Shown here piece by piece: positions 45,952 through 56,426 of a DNA stretch of 64,000 bases. The stretch comes from an uncultured Clostridium sp. (lineage in GTDB: Bacteria > Bacillota > Clostridia > TANB77 > CAG-508), in NCBI GenBank assembly GCA_900553755.1, contig USEX01000003.1:6233-70232 (forward strand), read 5' to 3'. A program made the position numbers and the translations under genes. The first letter of the stretch is position 1, and every line of letters starts with the position of its first letter. The notes below the pieces were generated by a model. It was not told the origin of the DNA. It saw only the letters and a program-made list of their open reading frames with translations, and did not search any database.

Positions 45952-47169
45952 TTAATTACTACTTCTCATCTGCTTTATTAATAAGTCTCCAAAAATAGCA
46001 TATCCCTTTGTAGGATCTTTTACTAAAACATTTGTTACTGCACCTATAAATTTTCCATTTTGCATTACTGGTGCACCGCTCATCCCTTGTATAATTCCTC
46101 CAGTTTTATTTAGCAGTTCTTCATCAGTAATCTTAATTAACATGCTTTTATTATCAATATTATTATTTAAATATATTCTTTCTATTTCAATTTGATATTC
46201 CTGTGGTGCTCCAGAATCCAATTGACACAAGATTGTAGCCTTTCCGGTTTTTATTTCGCTTCTTTCAGCAACTTCCATCTCATTATAGGTAGTATCTATA
46301 TACTGCATATTCTTTACATTTCCGTATACACCCATTTTGGTATTCTTATATATATCACCTATTGCAACGCCTTTTGTTATTGAGCCTTTTATTTCTCCTG
46401 GTTTATTTTTTTCACCTTTTATAATAGATAAAATATTTGCTGTAACCAATTCTCCCTTAGATATATCTACAATTTCCTCTGTATCTATATCTATTATTCC
46501 GTGTCCTAAGCTCATAAACATATTCGTTGACGGTTCATAAAAAGTTAATGTTCCTATTCCTGCAGCCGCATCTCTAACCCACAATCCTATTTTATAATCT
46601 TCTTTCGTTTTTACTGGCACAATGCTTGTTTCTAATATTTTATCATTTTTCACATACTTTATTTTTAAACTTTCTCCATTACTATTATTCACTTGTTGTA
46701 TCAATTCGTCAGTTGTATTTATTTCTTCATTATTAATTGCTATTATTGAATCTCCCTCTTCTATTCCACTATTTTCATATGGTTTTTCTTTTATTTTTTC
46801 TTCATTTTCAATCTCCGACATTCCCACAACCAACACACCTTTTGTGTATAATTTCATTCCTATTGCTTTTCCTACAGGAATAACCGTTGTTGTTGGAATT
46901 ACACTTACATTTATATCTTTTACAGCTATGCTATTAAATAATTTTAATTCTACTTTGTTATTTCCAACTTTGCTTTTATTTAAATTACTTGATACCCATG
47001 TTGCTTCATAATCATCAGAATTTTGTAATTCCAATCCTAAGGCTAATTTAAAATTAATATTTTCTCCTTCTGACAGTATTATACTTTGCGGAATAGCAGC
47101 TATATTGTATACATATGCATATAAAAAAAATAGGCACACAATTAATAATATTTTAAAAGTCTTTTTCAT
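45952..47169 (-). CDS. spoIVB: SpoIVB peptidase (S55), sigma-K checkpoint signalling protease
   Basis: Signal anchor plus a PDZ domain (GIEEGDSIIAINN), followed by an S55 domain (GIGTLTFYEP...SLGHGI, GMSGAPV). Confidence 0.9.
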   Translation of the reverse strand: MKKTFKILLIVCLFFLYAYVYNIAAIPQSIILSEGENINFKLALGLELQNSDDYEATWVSSNLNKSKVGNNKVELKLFNSIAVKDINVSVIPTTTVIPVGKAIGMKLYTKGVLVVGMSEIENEEKIKEKPYENSGIEEGDSIIAINNEEINTTDELIQQVNNSNGESLKIKYVKNDKILETSIVPVKTKEDYKIGLWVRDAAAGIGTLTFYEPSTNMFMSLGHGIIDIDTEEIVDISKGELVTANILSIIKGEKNKPGEIKGSITKGVAIGDIYKNTKMGVYGNVKNMQYIDTTYNEMEVAERSEIKTGKATILCQLDSGAPQEYQIEIERIYLNNNIDNKSMLIKITDEELLNKTGGIIQGMSGAPVMQNGKFIGAVTNVLVKDPTKGYAIFGDLLIKQMRSSN

Positions 47170-47234
47170 TTTTATCTCCAATTCTTTTTCAATATTATCA
47201 TGCCCATTTTTTTAATTTTTATTTTGTCAATTTT

Positions 47235-48011
47235 TTAATTTGAACTTGATGAATAATAATTATTCATTAACCAATTATAGTAATTAAATGGTTCTATTGT
47301 TTTTGGCTTTCCGTAATCCACTCCATATGTTTCAACTCTTATACTGCTTATAACTGGTGGGCTTACCGGCTTATCAAGCCCTTCTTTTGCATTTTCATCT
47401 CTTGTTACTACTTCAACATTAGCAATCTTATCTACTATATCTAATCCTTCTATAACTTTTCCAAATCCTGCAAACACTCTATTTAAGTTTTGGTTATCTG
47501 CATTCATTATAAAGAATTGTGAATTTGCTGAATTATATCCCTTTGTTTCCAATGAAGAATCAACTTTACTATAATCATATCTTTCCATTGCTATAACGCC
47601 TTTTTCAAATTTTAATGTATTTTCATCATATCCATTAAGGCTAAATTCACCTTCTATTGCATATTTTTTATCCTCAGAGCTACCTTTTTCTATAGAGCTA
47701 TCTATGTTAGATAAAGTTGCAGTTTTGCTACTATCACCTGCTAAAATTCTGTATTGTGGATTTGTTTCGTAAAAAGTTAATCCATCATAGAATCCATTAT
47801 TGGCTAAAGCAATAAAATTTGTTACTGTGTTTGGAGCAACATCTGGGTATAGTTCTACTTTTATTGTTCCATAATCTTTTACTTCTATTGTTGCTACTGG
47901 ATTTTCCGCCTTATAACTTCCTTTATTTACATATCCATATATAAGGAATCCAATTCCTACTAGCATAGCTATTATGCATAATATTAATATAATTTGTTTA
48001 AATGTTTTCAT
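47235..48011 (-). CDS. Membrane-anchored cyclophilin-type peptidyl-prolyl isomerase
   Basis: N-terminal TM helix. Cyclophilin motifs NFIALANNGFYDGLTF and NSQFFIM. Confidence 0.85.
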   Translation of the reverse strand: MKTFKQIILILCIIAMLVGIGFLIYGYVNKGSYKAENPVATIEVKDYGTIKVELYPDVAPNTVTNFIALANNGFYDGLTFYETNPQYRILAGDSSKTATLSNIDSSIEKGSSEDKKYAIEGEFSLNGYDENTLKFEKGVIAMERYDYSKVDSSLETKGYNSANSQFFIMNADNQNLNRVFAGFGKVIEGLDIVDKIANVEVVTRDENAKEGLDKPVSPPVISSIRVETYGVDYGKPKTIEPFNYYNWLMNNYYSSSSN

Positions 48012-48020
48012 TATTTCCTC

Positions 48021-49094
48021 CTATAACATCGAATTTTCAAATACAAATTGTTCTTGCATTCTTCTTAATGATTGTTTTATTGTTCTTGCACGTACTTCGC
48101 CAATTCCTTCAACCTCGTCCAATTGAGGAATATCTGCAGCTAATATATGCTGGAATGATTTAAATGATTTTACAAGATTATCAACAATATTGCTTGGCAT
48201 TCTTGGTATTTTATTTAATACCCTATAACCTTTAGTAAATACACCTACTTCATCATAATTATCAAAATCTCCATAACCTAATAGCTTGGCTATATTTTGT
48301 GATTTCATTAAATCATCTCTTGTTAGTCCTCTTATTGTATCTAGAACTTTTTCTGGCGTTCTTTTTTTACCTGCTGCAATATAATCTTTTACCATTAAAA
48401 GTTCTTCTTTTTCTAAGTCTCCAACCAATTCTTGCAATTGAATTTCTAACAATCTTCCATCTTCGCCCAATTCAAAAATTGCCCTTTGAACTTCTTCTAC
48501 CATATTCATAACCATTTCCGCTCTTTGTATTGCCACTATAACATTTTCTAATGTTACAATATCATTAAACTCATACTCGTTTAATAAGCTTAGCTTACTA
48601 TCAAATACTTTCATGTATTTTTCAACTGTTTGTAAAGCTTGGTTTCCTTTTGATATTACCTTAGAGCTATCTTCTAAAACATATCTACTATTCGCTTTAA
48701 ATATTGTTATTATATTTCTTCTTTGAGATATACTTATTACCAAGTCTCCTGTTTGTTTTGCAGTACGTTCAGCAGTTCTATGTCTTGTCCCTGTTTCAAC
48801 AGTAGTAATTTGAGATGATGGAATTAATTGAGTATTAGCAAATAATATTTTTTTCATATCCGAACTTAATATTATAGCTCCATCCATTTTAGCGAGCTCA
48901 TACAATTTTGCAGGTGTATAATCTACATTTAGGCTAAATCCTCCATCTGCAATATCTAAAACTTCTTTTCCATCTCCTACAACTATTAAAGCTCCCGTTT
49001 TTGCTTTTAATATATTTTCTAATCCCTCTCTTATTTCTGTTCCTGGTGCAATGGTCTTTAATACTTCTAAAATGTCATTTTTATAAGTTGCCAA
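48021..49094 (-). CDS. disA: DNA integrity scanning protein DisA (diadenylate cyclase)
   Basis: DAC domain (GALIVVG, DGAIIL, GTRHRTAERTAKQTG) and a C-terminal HhH (GIGEVRARTIK). The start is probably the TTG at 49094, 7 nt after GGAGGT; the ORF maximum is 49109. Confidence 0.9.
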   Translation of the reverse strand: MATYKNDILEVLKTIAPGTEIREGLENILKAKTGALIVVGDGKEVLDIADGGFSLNVDYTPAKLYELAKMDGAIILSSDMKKILFANTQLIPSSQITTVETGTRHRTAERTAKQTGDLVISISQRRNIITIFKANSRYVLEDSSKVISKGNQALQTVEKYMKVFDSKLSLLNEYEFNDIVTLENVIVAIQRAEMVMNMVEEVQRAIFELGEDGRLLEIQLQELVGDLEKEELLMVKDYIAAGKKRTPEKVLDTIRGLTRDDLMKSQNIAKLLGYGDFDNYDEVGVFTKGYRVLNKIPRMPSNIVDNLVKSFKSFQHILAADIPQLDEVEGIGEVRARTIKQSLRRMQEQFVFENSML

Positions 49095-49125
49095 AATACT
49101 TACCTCCAATCTAATTATAAGAGTT

Positions 49126-50493
49126 TTAGGCTAATCCTACTGCTTTCATAGCGTCATTAATATTTCTAATACCTATTATATCTATTTTATAGCTATCTTT
49201 CAAGAGTTTTTTATTACTTTCTGGTATTATGCATTTCTTAAATCCCATTTTCTCGGCTTCTTTAATTCTTTTTTCAACAAAGTTTACACTTCTTACCTCA
49301 CCTGTTAGCCCAACTTCACCAATGACTATTGCATCTTTCGGAATGCTTTTATTACTAAAGCTTGAAGCTATTACTAATATTGTTCCCAAATCCACAGCAG
49401 GCTCTACTAGCCTAATACCACTTACCACATTTAGATATATATCCTGCGCTCCTAATGGTACTCTTGCTTTTTTCTCGAGTACTGCTATTAGCATAGTTAA
49501 TCTATTATAGTCTACACCATTTGCTGCTCTTCTTGGCAATCCATATACACTTGGAGTCGTTAGAGCTTGTAGTTCTATTAAAAGTGGTCTTGTTCCTTCC
49601 ATGCTAGCTACAATTACTGAACCAGGTGGATTGTCAACTCTATCAGATATTAGTATTGTTGATGGATTGCTAATCTCTACCATGCCTTCGTTTTGCATTT
49701 CAAACATACCAATTTCATTAGTTGATCCAAACCTATTTTTAACACTTCTTAAAATTCTATATGAGAAATACCTCTCTCCTTCTAAATATAAAACTGTATC
49801 TACCATATGCTCTAATACTCTTGGTCCTGCTATATTTCCATCTTTTGTAACATGCCCAATTATTATTGTAGATATTTGATGACCTTTGCAAACTCGCATT
49901 ATTCTTGCAGTTATTTCTCTTACTTGGCTTACTGAGCCAGCGGCTGATGTGATTTCATCCGAATACATTGTTTGTATCGAATCTATTATAACAAGCTTTG
50001 GTTTCATTTCTAATATTACCTGTTCTATCACATCAATATCTGTTTCACCTAAAAAGAATATATTGTTGTTTTTAATATTTAACCTATCTGCTCTTATTTT
50101 TATTTGTTCTGCAGACTCTTCTCCAGACACATACAATACTTTGCCGTTTCCTGTTATTTTATCGCATAATTCAAGTATTAATGTAGATTTACCTATACCT
50201 GGTTCTCCTCCTAATAAAACTAGTGAACCATTAACTAAGCCTCCTCCTAGTACTCTATTTAATTCGGCTATCCCTGTATTCACTCTTGATTCATTTTTTC
50301 CTATTACATCATTTAAAACTTGTGGACTGCTTTTTACTTTAGTTTGTTTAATTCCCTTAATTCCATTTTGGCTTTCCACAACCTTTTCTTCATAAAAAGA
50401 GTTCCAACTATTGCATCCCGGGCATTTTCCTAGCCATTTTGGTGATTCATATCCACATTCACTACACACAAATACTGTTTTAGTTTTATTCAT
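49126..50493 (-). CDS. radA: DNA repair protein RadA/Sms
   Basis: Zn finger CSECG..CPGC, Walker A GEPGIGKST, KNRFG, and a Lon-like C-terminal domain. Confidence 0.95.
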   Translation of the reverse strand: MNKTKTVFVCSECGYESPKWLGKCPGCNSWNSFYEEKVVESQNGIKGIKQTKVKSSPQVLNDVIGKNESRVNTGIAELNRVLGGGLVNGSLVLLGGEPGIGKSTLILELCDKITGNGKVLYVSGEESAEQIKIRADRLNIKNNNIFFLGETDIDVIEQVILEMKPKLVIIDSIQTMYSDEITSAAGSVSQVREITARIMRVCKGHQISTIIIGHVTKDGNIAGPRVLEHMVDTVLYLEGERYFSYRILRSVKNRFGSTNEIGMFEMQNEGMVEISNPSTILISDRVDNPPGSVIVASMEGTRPLLIELQALTTPSVYGLPRRAANGVDYNRLTMLIAVLEKKARVPLGAQDIYLNVVSGIRLVEPAVDLGTILVIASSFSNKSIPKDAIVIGEVGLTGEVRSVNFVEKRIKEAEKMGFKKCIIPESNKKLLKDSYKIDIIGIRNINDAMKAVGLA

Positions 50494-50609
50494 ATTTCCT
50501 CCATTCGTATTTCTATTTTATATCATAATATGTAACTCATTTCAATGTATTTGGCTATTTTGTAACACTTATTTTGCTAAGGCATATATTATATTAGTGG
50601 AGGAAACAT

Positions 50610-50966
50610 ATGGCAAACTTTATTTTTAATGTTGTTTTATGGACTTTAGCTTTATACGGTTTTTTTGAAATTGCAAAAACTTTAATTCGTACATATTATA
50701 AACCAAAAAATCTATCTAGTGGAATCTATCTATTTATAGCTGTAAAAAATCAAGAAAATAAAATTGAAGGTTTTTTAAGGTCTATGCTCTTTAGATTTAT
50801 TTATGGAAAAGAAGAAAATATAGATAATATTTTTGTTGTAGATTTAAATTCTACTGATAAAACTTCTGAAATTTTAAATATGCTCGCTAATGATTATGAT
50901 TGTATTAAATATACTGATATAAAAAATTGTAAAGATATACTAGATTCTATAGGAAAAAAGGGATAA
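50610..50966 (+). CDS. Hypothetical membrane-anchored protein with a truncated GT2-like N-terminal segment
   Basis: Strong RBS (GGAGGAAACAT-ATG) and an N-terminal TM helix. VVDLNSTDKTSEILNMLANDY resembles the VVDDGSTD block of GT2 enzymes, but the ORF ends after 118 aa. Confidence 0.5.
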   Translation: MANFIFNVVLWTLALYGFFEIAKTLIRTYYKPKNLSSGIYLFIAVKNQENKIEGFLRSMLFRFIYGKEENIDNIFVVDLNSTDKTSEILNMLANDYDCIKYTDIKNCKDILDSIGKKG

Positions 50967-51015
50967 AAAAAGACACAGTCACTATTTTATAGAACTGTGC
51001 TTCTATTTATTTTTA

Positions 51016-51549
51016 TTAGATTAACTCTAATATAACTACTTCTGCAGCATCTCCTCTACGAGGACCTTTTTTAATTATTCTTGTATATCCACCTTTATTA
51101 TCTTTGTATTTTGGTGCTAATTCATTAAATAATTTTGCAGGTAAGTCTACTGATTTGCCATCGCTATCTTTTACTTTATTAATATTTCTCATTATTTTTC
51201 TTCTTGCATTTAATTTTGATGGCATATCTTTCATTCTTTTTTCAGTAGTTTCTTCTCTTACTACTTTTAGGTATTCTCTACCGTTTTTACTTTTTACAAG
51301 CTCTGTTACTTTATTTCCTTTTTCATCTAATTTAGCTTTAGAAACTTTTACTTCTACTTCTTCACAATTTCCAGCTTCTTTGATTGCAAGTGATATTAAG
51401 CTATCAGCAATTGCTTTTACTTCTTTTGCTCTAGTTTCAGTAGTTTCTATTTTTTCATGCCATATTAAATCAGTAACTTGAGTTTTAAGCATAGATAAAC
51501 GTATATCTGTTGCTTTACCTAGTTTTCTATTTGTTGCCACTTTTTTCAC
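51016..51549 (-). CDS. rplQ: 50S ribosomal protein L17 (expanded, 177 aa)
   Basis: L17 ends are conserved (RKLGKATD..ETTETRAKE and GGYTRIIKKGPRRGDAAEVVILEL), with an internal insert of about 50 aa. Confidence 0.9.
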   Translation of the reverse strand: MKKVATNRKLGKATDIRLSMLKTQVTDLIWHEKIETTETRAKEVKAIADSLISLAIKEAGNCEEVEVKVSKAKLDEKGNKVTELVKSKNGREYLKVVREETTEKRMKDMPSKLNARRKIMRNINKVKDSDGKSVDLPAKLFNELAPKYKDNKGGYTRIIKKGPRRGDAAEVVILELI

Positions 51550-51555
51550 CTTCCT

Positions 51556-52500
51556 TTAATCATCACTATTTGCAAAGTCTAAACCTAATGAATGTAATTT
51601 ATTGGTTACTTCATCTAATGATTTCTTACCTAAATTTCTTACCTTCATCATCTCTGCTTCTGTCTTATTTGTTAAATCTTCTACAGTTGAAATTCCTGCT
51701 CTCTTTAAGCAGTTAAATGAACGTGCAGATAATTCTAAGTCTTCGATTGAAGTTTCTAGAATTTTTTCTTTCTTAGATTCTTCTTTTTCTATCATAACTT
51801 GTGTATTTTTACTAATTTCTGATAAATCAATAAATAATTCTAAGTGTTCTGTCATTATTTTAGCTGCTAAACTTAATGCTTCATATGGTTTTAAGCTTCC
51901 ATCTGTCCACAATTCAATAGTTAATTTGTCTAAATCAACCATTTGTCCAACTCTAGTATTTTCTACTGAGTAGTTTACTTTCTTTACTGGTGTATAGATA
52001 GAGTCTATAGCTATCATACCTAATGGCATATCAGGGAATTTATTCTTTTCAGCTGTGTTGTATCCTCTTCCACGGTTAGCAGTCATTTCCATTGATAAGC
52101 GACCACCATTTACAGTAGCTATATGTAAATCTGGATTTAAGATTTCAACAGTTCCATCTGTTATGATATCTGCTGCTGTTACTTCTCCTTCACCTTCAAA
52201 ATTAATTCTTAATGTTTTTACCTCATCATCAGAGATTTTTATTTTTACATTTTTTAAATTAACTATAATTTCTGGAACATCTTCTACAACATGTGCTATT
52301 GTAGCAAATTCATGTGCTACTCCAGCAATTTTTACTGATGTAATAGCTGCTCCTGGTAGTGAAGAAAGCAATATTCTTCTTAAAGAGTTTCCTATTGTTA
52401 TACCATATCCACGTTCTAATGGTTCACATGTAAATTTCGCATAATTTGTAGCATTGTCCATTTCCAAGCACTTAATATTTGGCTTTTCAAATTCAATCAT
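51556..52500 (-). CDS. rpoA: DNA-directed RNA polymerase subunit alpha
   Basis: 314 aa with NTD ([14 protein letters not shown]) and CTD ([15 protein letters not shown]). Confidence 0.97.
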   Translation of the reverse strand: MIEFEKPNIKCLEMDNATNYAKFTCEPLERGYGITIGNSLRRILLSSLPGAAITSVKIAGVAHEFATIAHVVEDVPEIIVNLKNVKIKISDDEVKTLRINFEGEGEVTAADIITDGTVEILNPDLHIATVNGGRLSMEMTANRGRGYNTAEKNKFPDMPLGMIAIDSIYTPVKKVNYSVENTRVGQMVDLDKLTIELWTDGSLKPYEALSLAAKIMTEHLELFIDLSEISKNTQVMIEKEESKKEKILETSIEDLELSARSFNCLKRAGISTVEDLTNKTEAEMMKVRNLGKKSLDEVTNKLHSLGLDFANSDD

Positions 52501-52646
52501 TTTTACCTCCTATATAGAAGTTATGGATTAGACTTTTAAATTAGTTTCTCTAATTTTGTCTTAAAATACCCTACTTCAATTTAATTTTTACTTTCTAAGT
52601 CTTATTACTTTAGATTGTTAAATTCTAATTGCCTAACTTCTAGTTA

Positions 52647-53273
52647 TTATTTAGAGTAAAGCTCTACTATTAAATGTTCCTCAACAGGTAGGTCAATGTC
52701 TTCTCTTGTTGCTAATTTTAATATCTTTCCACTTAATTTTTCAGCGTCTTTTTCTAACCAAGCTGGAACTGGTCTGCTGCTATTTTCTTCAACAGCTAAT
52801 TTTATTGTTCCGTTATCTTTTCTTATTTCTCTTACACTAATAACGTCTCCAGCTTTTACTAAGTATGATGGTATGTCTACTTTCTTACCATTTACTTCGA
52901 AAGCCCCATGAGTAACTTGCATTCTTGCTTGTGCTCTTGAACTTGCAAATCCTAATCTATATACAACATTATCTAATCTGCTTTCTAATAATTGAAGTAA
53001 TACTTCACCTGTTTTTCCTTTGCTGCTTGATGCCATTTCGAAGTATCTTCTAAATTGTTTTTCGCCTACACCATAGAATGCTTTTGTTTTTTGTTTTTCT
53101 CTTAACTGAGTACCATATTCAGAAATTTTGCTTTTCTTTTGACCATTTTGGCCTGGAGCATAATTTCTTCTAGCTATACTGCATTTGTCTGAGTAGCATC
53201 TTGAACCTTTTAGGAACAATTTTTGACCTTCTTTACGGCAAATACGGCATTGTTCATCTTTATATCTTGCCAT
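52647..53273 (-). CDS. rpsD: 30S ribosomal protein S4
   Basis: [16 protein letters not shown]..; S4 domain; 208 aa. Confidence 0.97.
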   Translation of the reverse strand: MARYKDEQCRICRKEGQKLFLKGSRCYSDKCSIARRNYAPGQNGQKKSKISEYGTQLREKQKTKAFYGVGEKQFRRYFEMASSSKGKTGEVLLQLLESRLDNVVYRLGFASSRAQARMQVTHGAFEVNGKKVDIPSYLVKAGDVISVREIRKDNGTIKLAVEENSSRPVPAWLEKDAEKLSGKILKLATREDIDLPVEEHLIVELYSK

Positions 53274-53299
53274 TTTTTAATATCTCCTTTCTTGTTATC

Positions 53300-53701
53300 C
53301 TATACTCTTCTTCTTTTTGGTGGTCTACAACCATTGTGAGGTATTGGAGTAACATCTTTAATTGATGTTATTTCTAATCCTGCTGTTTGTAATGCTCTTA
53401 TTGCTGCTTCACGTCCTGAACCTGGTCCTTTAACAAAAACATCTACAGTTTTTAGCCCATGTTCCATAGCAGCTTTAGCAGCTGTTTCTGCAGCTTCGCC
53501 TGCGGCAAATGGTGTACTTTTTCTAGAGCCTTTAAATCCTAGTTCTCCAGCACTTGCCCATGATAAAGCATTTCCTTGTGTATCTGTAATTGTAACTATT
53601 GTATTATTAAAACTAGAATGAATATGAGCCATACCTTTTTCTATATTTTTTCTGTCTCTTCTTCTAGTAGTTGGCTTTTTAGCTAAATTCTTTGTAGCCA
53701 T
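53300..53701 (-). CDS. rpsK: 30S ribosomal protein S11
   Basis: [28 protein letters not shown]. Confidence 0.97.
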   Translation of the reverse strand: MATKNLAKKPTTRRRDRKNIEKGMAHIHSSFNNTIVTITDTQGNALSWASAGELGFKGSRKSTPFAAGEAAETAAKAAMEHGLKTVDVFVKGPGSGREAAIRALQTAGLEITSIKDVTPIPHNGCRPPKRRRV

Positions 53702-53761
53702 TTAAACTTTCCTCCTTTTGAATCTAGATGCTAAATATTATTTAACTTCTATCTTCCAATT

Positions 53762-54127
53762 TTATTTCTTGCTCTTGCTTACTAATTTTCTTGGTCCTTT
53801 TCTTGTACGAGCATTAGTTTTTGTTCTTTGTCCTCTTACTGGAAGACTCCTTCTATGTCTTAGACCTCTATAACATCCTATTTCAGTTAATCTTTTTATA
53901 TTTAGCGCAACTTCTCTACGTAAGTCACCTTCTAATGTATATCCGTCTATAGCATTTCTTATTGCTTGTACTTGTTCGTCTGTTAAATCTTTAACCCTAG
54001 TATCTGGATTTATTCCAGCTTTTTTTAATATTTCTTGTGAACGAGATAGTCCTATTCCATATATATATGTAAGTCCTATTTCAACTCTTTTTTCTCTAGG
54101 TAAATCAACTCCTCCTATACGAGCCAT
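53762..54127 (-). CDS. rpsM: 30S ribosomal protein S13
   Basis: [26 protein letters not shown]. The ATG at 54127 has a GGAGGTG RBS. Confidence 0.97.
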   Translation of the reverse strand: MARIGGVDLPREKRVEIGLTYIYGIGLSRSQEILKKAGINPDTRVKDLTDEQVQAIRNAIDGYTLEGDLRREVALNIKRLTEIGCYRGLRHRRSLPVRGQRTKTNARTRKGPRKLVSKSKK

Positions 54128-54398
54128 TTTTTGCACCTCCACATGTACTTAATTTTATTTTTTATTTTAATTTGTCTTTTTATTAGTTAAAGGTGAAATG
54201 CACCAATATAAAAGTTATAAACTATATTCTTGGTAAAGGATATTAGAGGTTAATACCTTTATTTGGAGTATAATTCATTAGTTTTAATTAGTCTTCAACT
54301 TTTTATTAGACATGTATATAAACACAAATCATAAAATTTATTAAACTAATGTTAACAGCCGCTAATCGTGATTTGTGTTAATATCAAATTTTGTTCAA

Positions 54399-54512
54399 TT
54401 ATCCTTGTCTTTGTTTATGTTTAGGATTTTCGCAAATTACTCTTGTGACACCTCTTCTTTTTATTACTTTGCATTTGTCACACATAGGTTTTACTGATGG
54501 TCTTACTTTCAT
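54399..54512 (-). CDS. rpmJ: 50S ribosomal protein L36 (zinc-binding form). Absent from the supplied ORF track because it is under 60 aa.
   Basis: Hand translation gives [37 protein letters not shown], followed by TAA. Confidence 0.93.
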   Translation of the reverse strand: MKVRPSVKPMCDKCKVIKRRGVTRVICENPKHKQRQG

Positions 54513-54553
54513 TTCATTCACCTCTCTTTAAGTTAAGTTATAAGGTTCATATT

Positions 54554-54772
54554 TTATTTAGCTCTCCAAGTGATTCTGCCTCTAGTTAAATCATATGGTG
54601 ATAATTCAACTTTTACTTTATCCCCTGGAAGAATTTTTATATAATTCATTCTTAACTTTCCTGAAATATGAGCTAATATTTGATGCCCATTTTCTAGTTC
54701 TACTTTAAAGTTTGTATTAGGTAGTGTTTCTACTACTGTTCCTTCTACTTCTATAACATCCTCTTTAGACAT
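54554..54772 (-). CDS. infA: Translation initiation factor IF-1
   Basis: 72 aa: [35 protein letters not shown]. Confidence 0.97.
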   Translation of the reverse strand: MSKEDVIEVEGTVVETLPNTNFKVELENGHQILAHISGKLRMNYIKILPGDKVKVELSPYDLTRGRITWRAK

Positions 54773-54853
54773 TCAATACCCTCCTAAATTGATATTGCTT
54801 ATAAAATACAATAAATCTATTTTAAGCAATAGCTTATATAGTATATCGCATTT

Positions 54854-55624
54854 TTACAATAAAGTCAATATTTCAGGCTCATTTTCTGTAATTAAAATAG
54901 TATTTTCATAGTGAGCCGCTAGGCTTCCATCCTCTGAAATAATAGTCCACCCATCATCTAATTCTAAAATACCCGGTTTTCCTTCTATAACCATTGGCTC
55001 TATTGCTAGTGTCATTCCAGGTTCTAGCCTAATTCCTCTTCCTGCTTTTCCATAATTAGGTATTCCTGGATCTTCATGCATGCTCTCTCCAATTCCATGA
55101 CCCTGGAATTCTCTTACTACACTGTATCCATGCTTTTCAACATATTCTCCTATTGCATGTGAAATATCTCCTAGTCTATTTCCTTTTTTTGCATATTTTA
55201 TTCCTTCATAAAATGATTGTTTTGTAATTTCTACTAATCTTTTAGCTTTTTCATTTACGTTTCCTACAAAATATGTTCTTGCACAATCACCATTAAATCC
55301 GTTTTTATATGCAACTAGGTCAACACTAATAATATCGCCATCTTTTAATATTTCTCTTTTTGAAGGAATTCCATGGATTACCACATCATTAACTGAGGCA
55401 CATATAGAACCTGGAAATGCAGGTACGCCTTTTACTCCACTTGGGTAACCTTTTTCAGCTGGAATAGCGCCGTTTTCTCTCATTGTTCGTTCAGCAATTT
55501 TATCTAATTCATATGTTGATATGCCTGGTCTAATTGCTGCTTCCACTGCTTTCTGAGCTAGATTTGCTACTCTGCAAGCTTCTTTCATTTTTTCTATTTC
55601 ATTTTTGTTTTTTATGCTTACCAA
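54854..55624 (-). CDS. map: Type I methionine aminopeptidase
   Basis: Metal ligand context (DIISVDL, NGFNGD, GHGIG, EPM) and conserved operon position. Confidence 0.95.
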   Translation of the reverse strand: MVSIKNKNEIEKMKEACRVANLAQKAVEAAIRPGISTYELDKIAERTMRENGAIPAEKGYPSGVKGVPAFPGSICASVNDVVIHGIPSKREILKDGDIISVDLVAYKNGFNGDCARTYFVGNVNEKAKRLVEITKQSFYEGIKYAKKGNRLGDISHAIGEYVEKHGYSVVREFQGHGIGESMHEDPGIPNYGKAGRGIRLEPGMTLAIEPMVIEGKPGILELDDGWTIISEDGSLAAHYENTILITENEPEILTLL

Positions 55625-55643
55625 ATTAATTACCTTCTTTAAT

Positions 55644-56312
55644 TTACATATTTTTTATTCTTTCTAATACATCTGCTGCAGCTTCTTTGCCTATTCTATT
55701 TATTCTTTCGCTAACTTCTTCTGTTACTAATATATTCTTCTTTGTATAGAAGTCTATTAATGGGCTAGTTTTTTCATCATATATTTCTAGTCTTTGTCTA
55801 ATTGCTGCTTCATTGCTGTCATCTTCTCTTTGTACCAATTTTGAACCGCATTTATCACATATTCCTGGTACTTTAGAAGGATGCATTGTTAAATTATAAG
55901 TTGCCTTACAATCTTGATTTGAACATACTCTTCTATTTAAAATTCTTGTAATTATTTCATCTCTTGGAGTGGTTAGATTTACAACTAAATCAACTTTTTT
56001 TCCTTTTTCAGCAAGTATTTCATCTAGTTTTTCTGCTTGCTCTACTGTACGTGGAAATCCATCTAATATTGCACCATTTTCGCAATCTTCTTGGTTTAAT
56101 CTATCTACAACCATAGGTACAGTTATATCATCCGGTACTAAGTTTCCCTTTGATATAAATTCATTTGCCTTTATTCCCAACTCTGTCTTTTCTGCTATAT
56201 TTTTTCTAAAAATATCCCCTGTAGATATTTGAGGCCATCCTGTGTTTTCACTTAAAATTCCTGCAACAGTACCTTTCCCAGTTCCCTGTGCTCCTAACAT
56301 TATTAAATACAT
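55644..56312 (-). CDS. adk: Adenylate kinase (Cys4 zinc lid)
   Basis: P-loop GAQGTGKGT and lid CSNQDC...CDKCG. The ATG at 56312 has an AAAGGAG RBS. Confidence 0.95.
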   Translation of the reverse strand: MYLIMLGAQGTGKGTVAGILSENTGWPQISTGDIFRKNIAEKTELGIKANEFISKGNLVPDDITVPMVVDRLNQEDCENGAILDGFPRTVEQAEKLDEILAEKGKKVDLVVNLTTPRDEIITRILNRRVCSNQDCKATYNLTMHPSKVPGICDKCGSKLVQREDDSNEAAIRQRLEIYDEKTSPLIDFYTKKNILVTEEVSERINRIGKEAAADVLERIKNM

Positions 56313-56426
56313 AATAAAAACTCCTTTCATATTTCCTCTTTAATTAATAGAAAGAAGCTTTTTATACTTGCTTTCTACTAATTAAAAAGGAGAGATTGTT
56401 TTTTGTTGTTCTCTCCTCTATATTAT

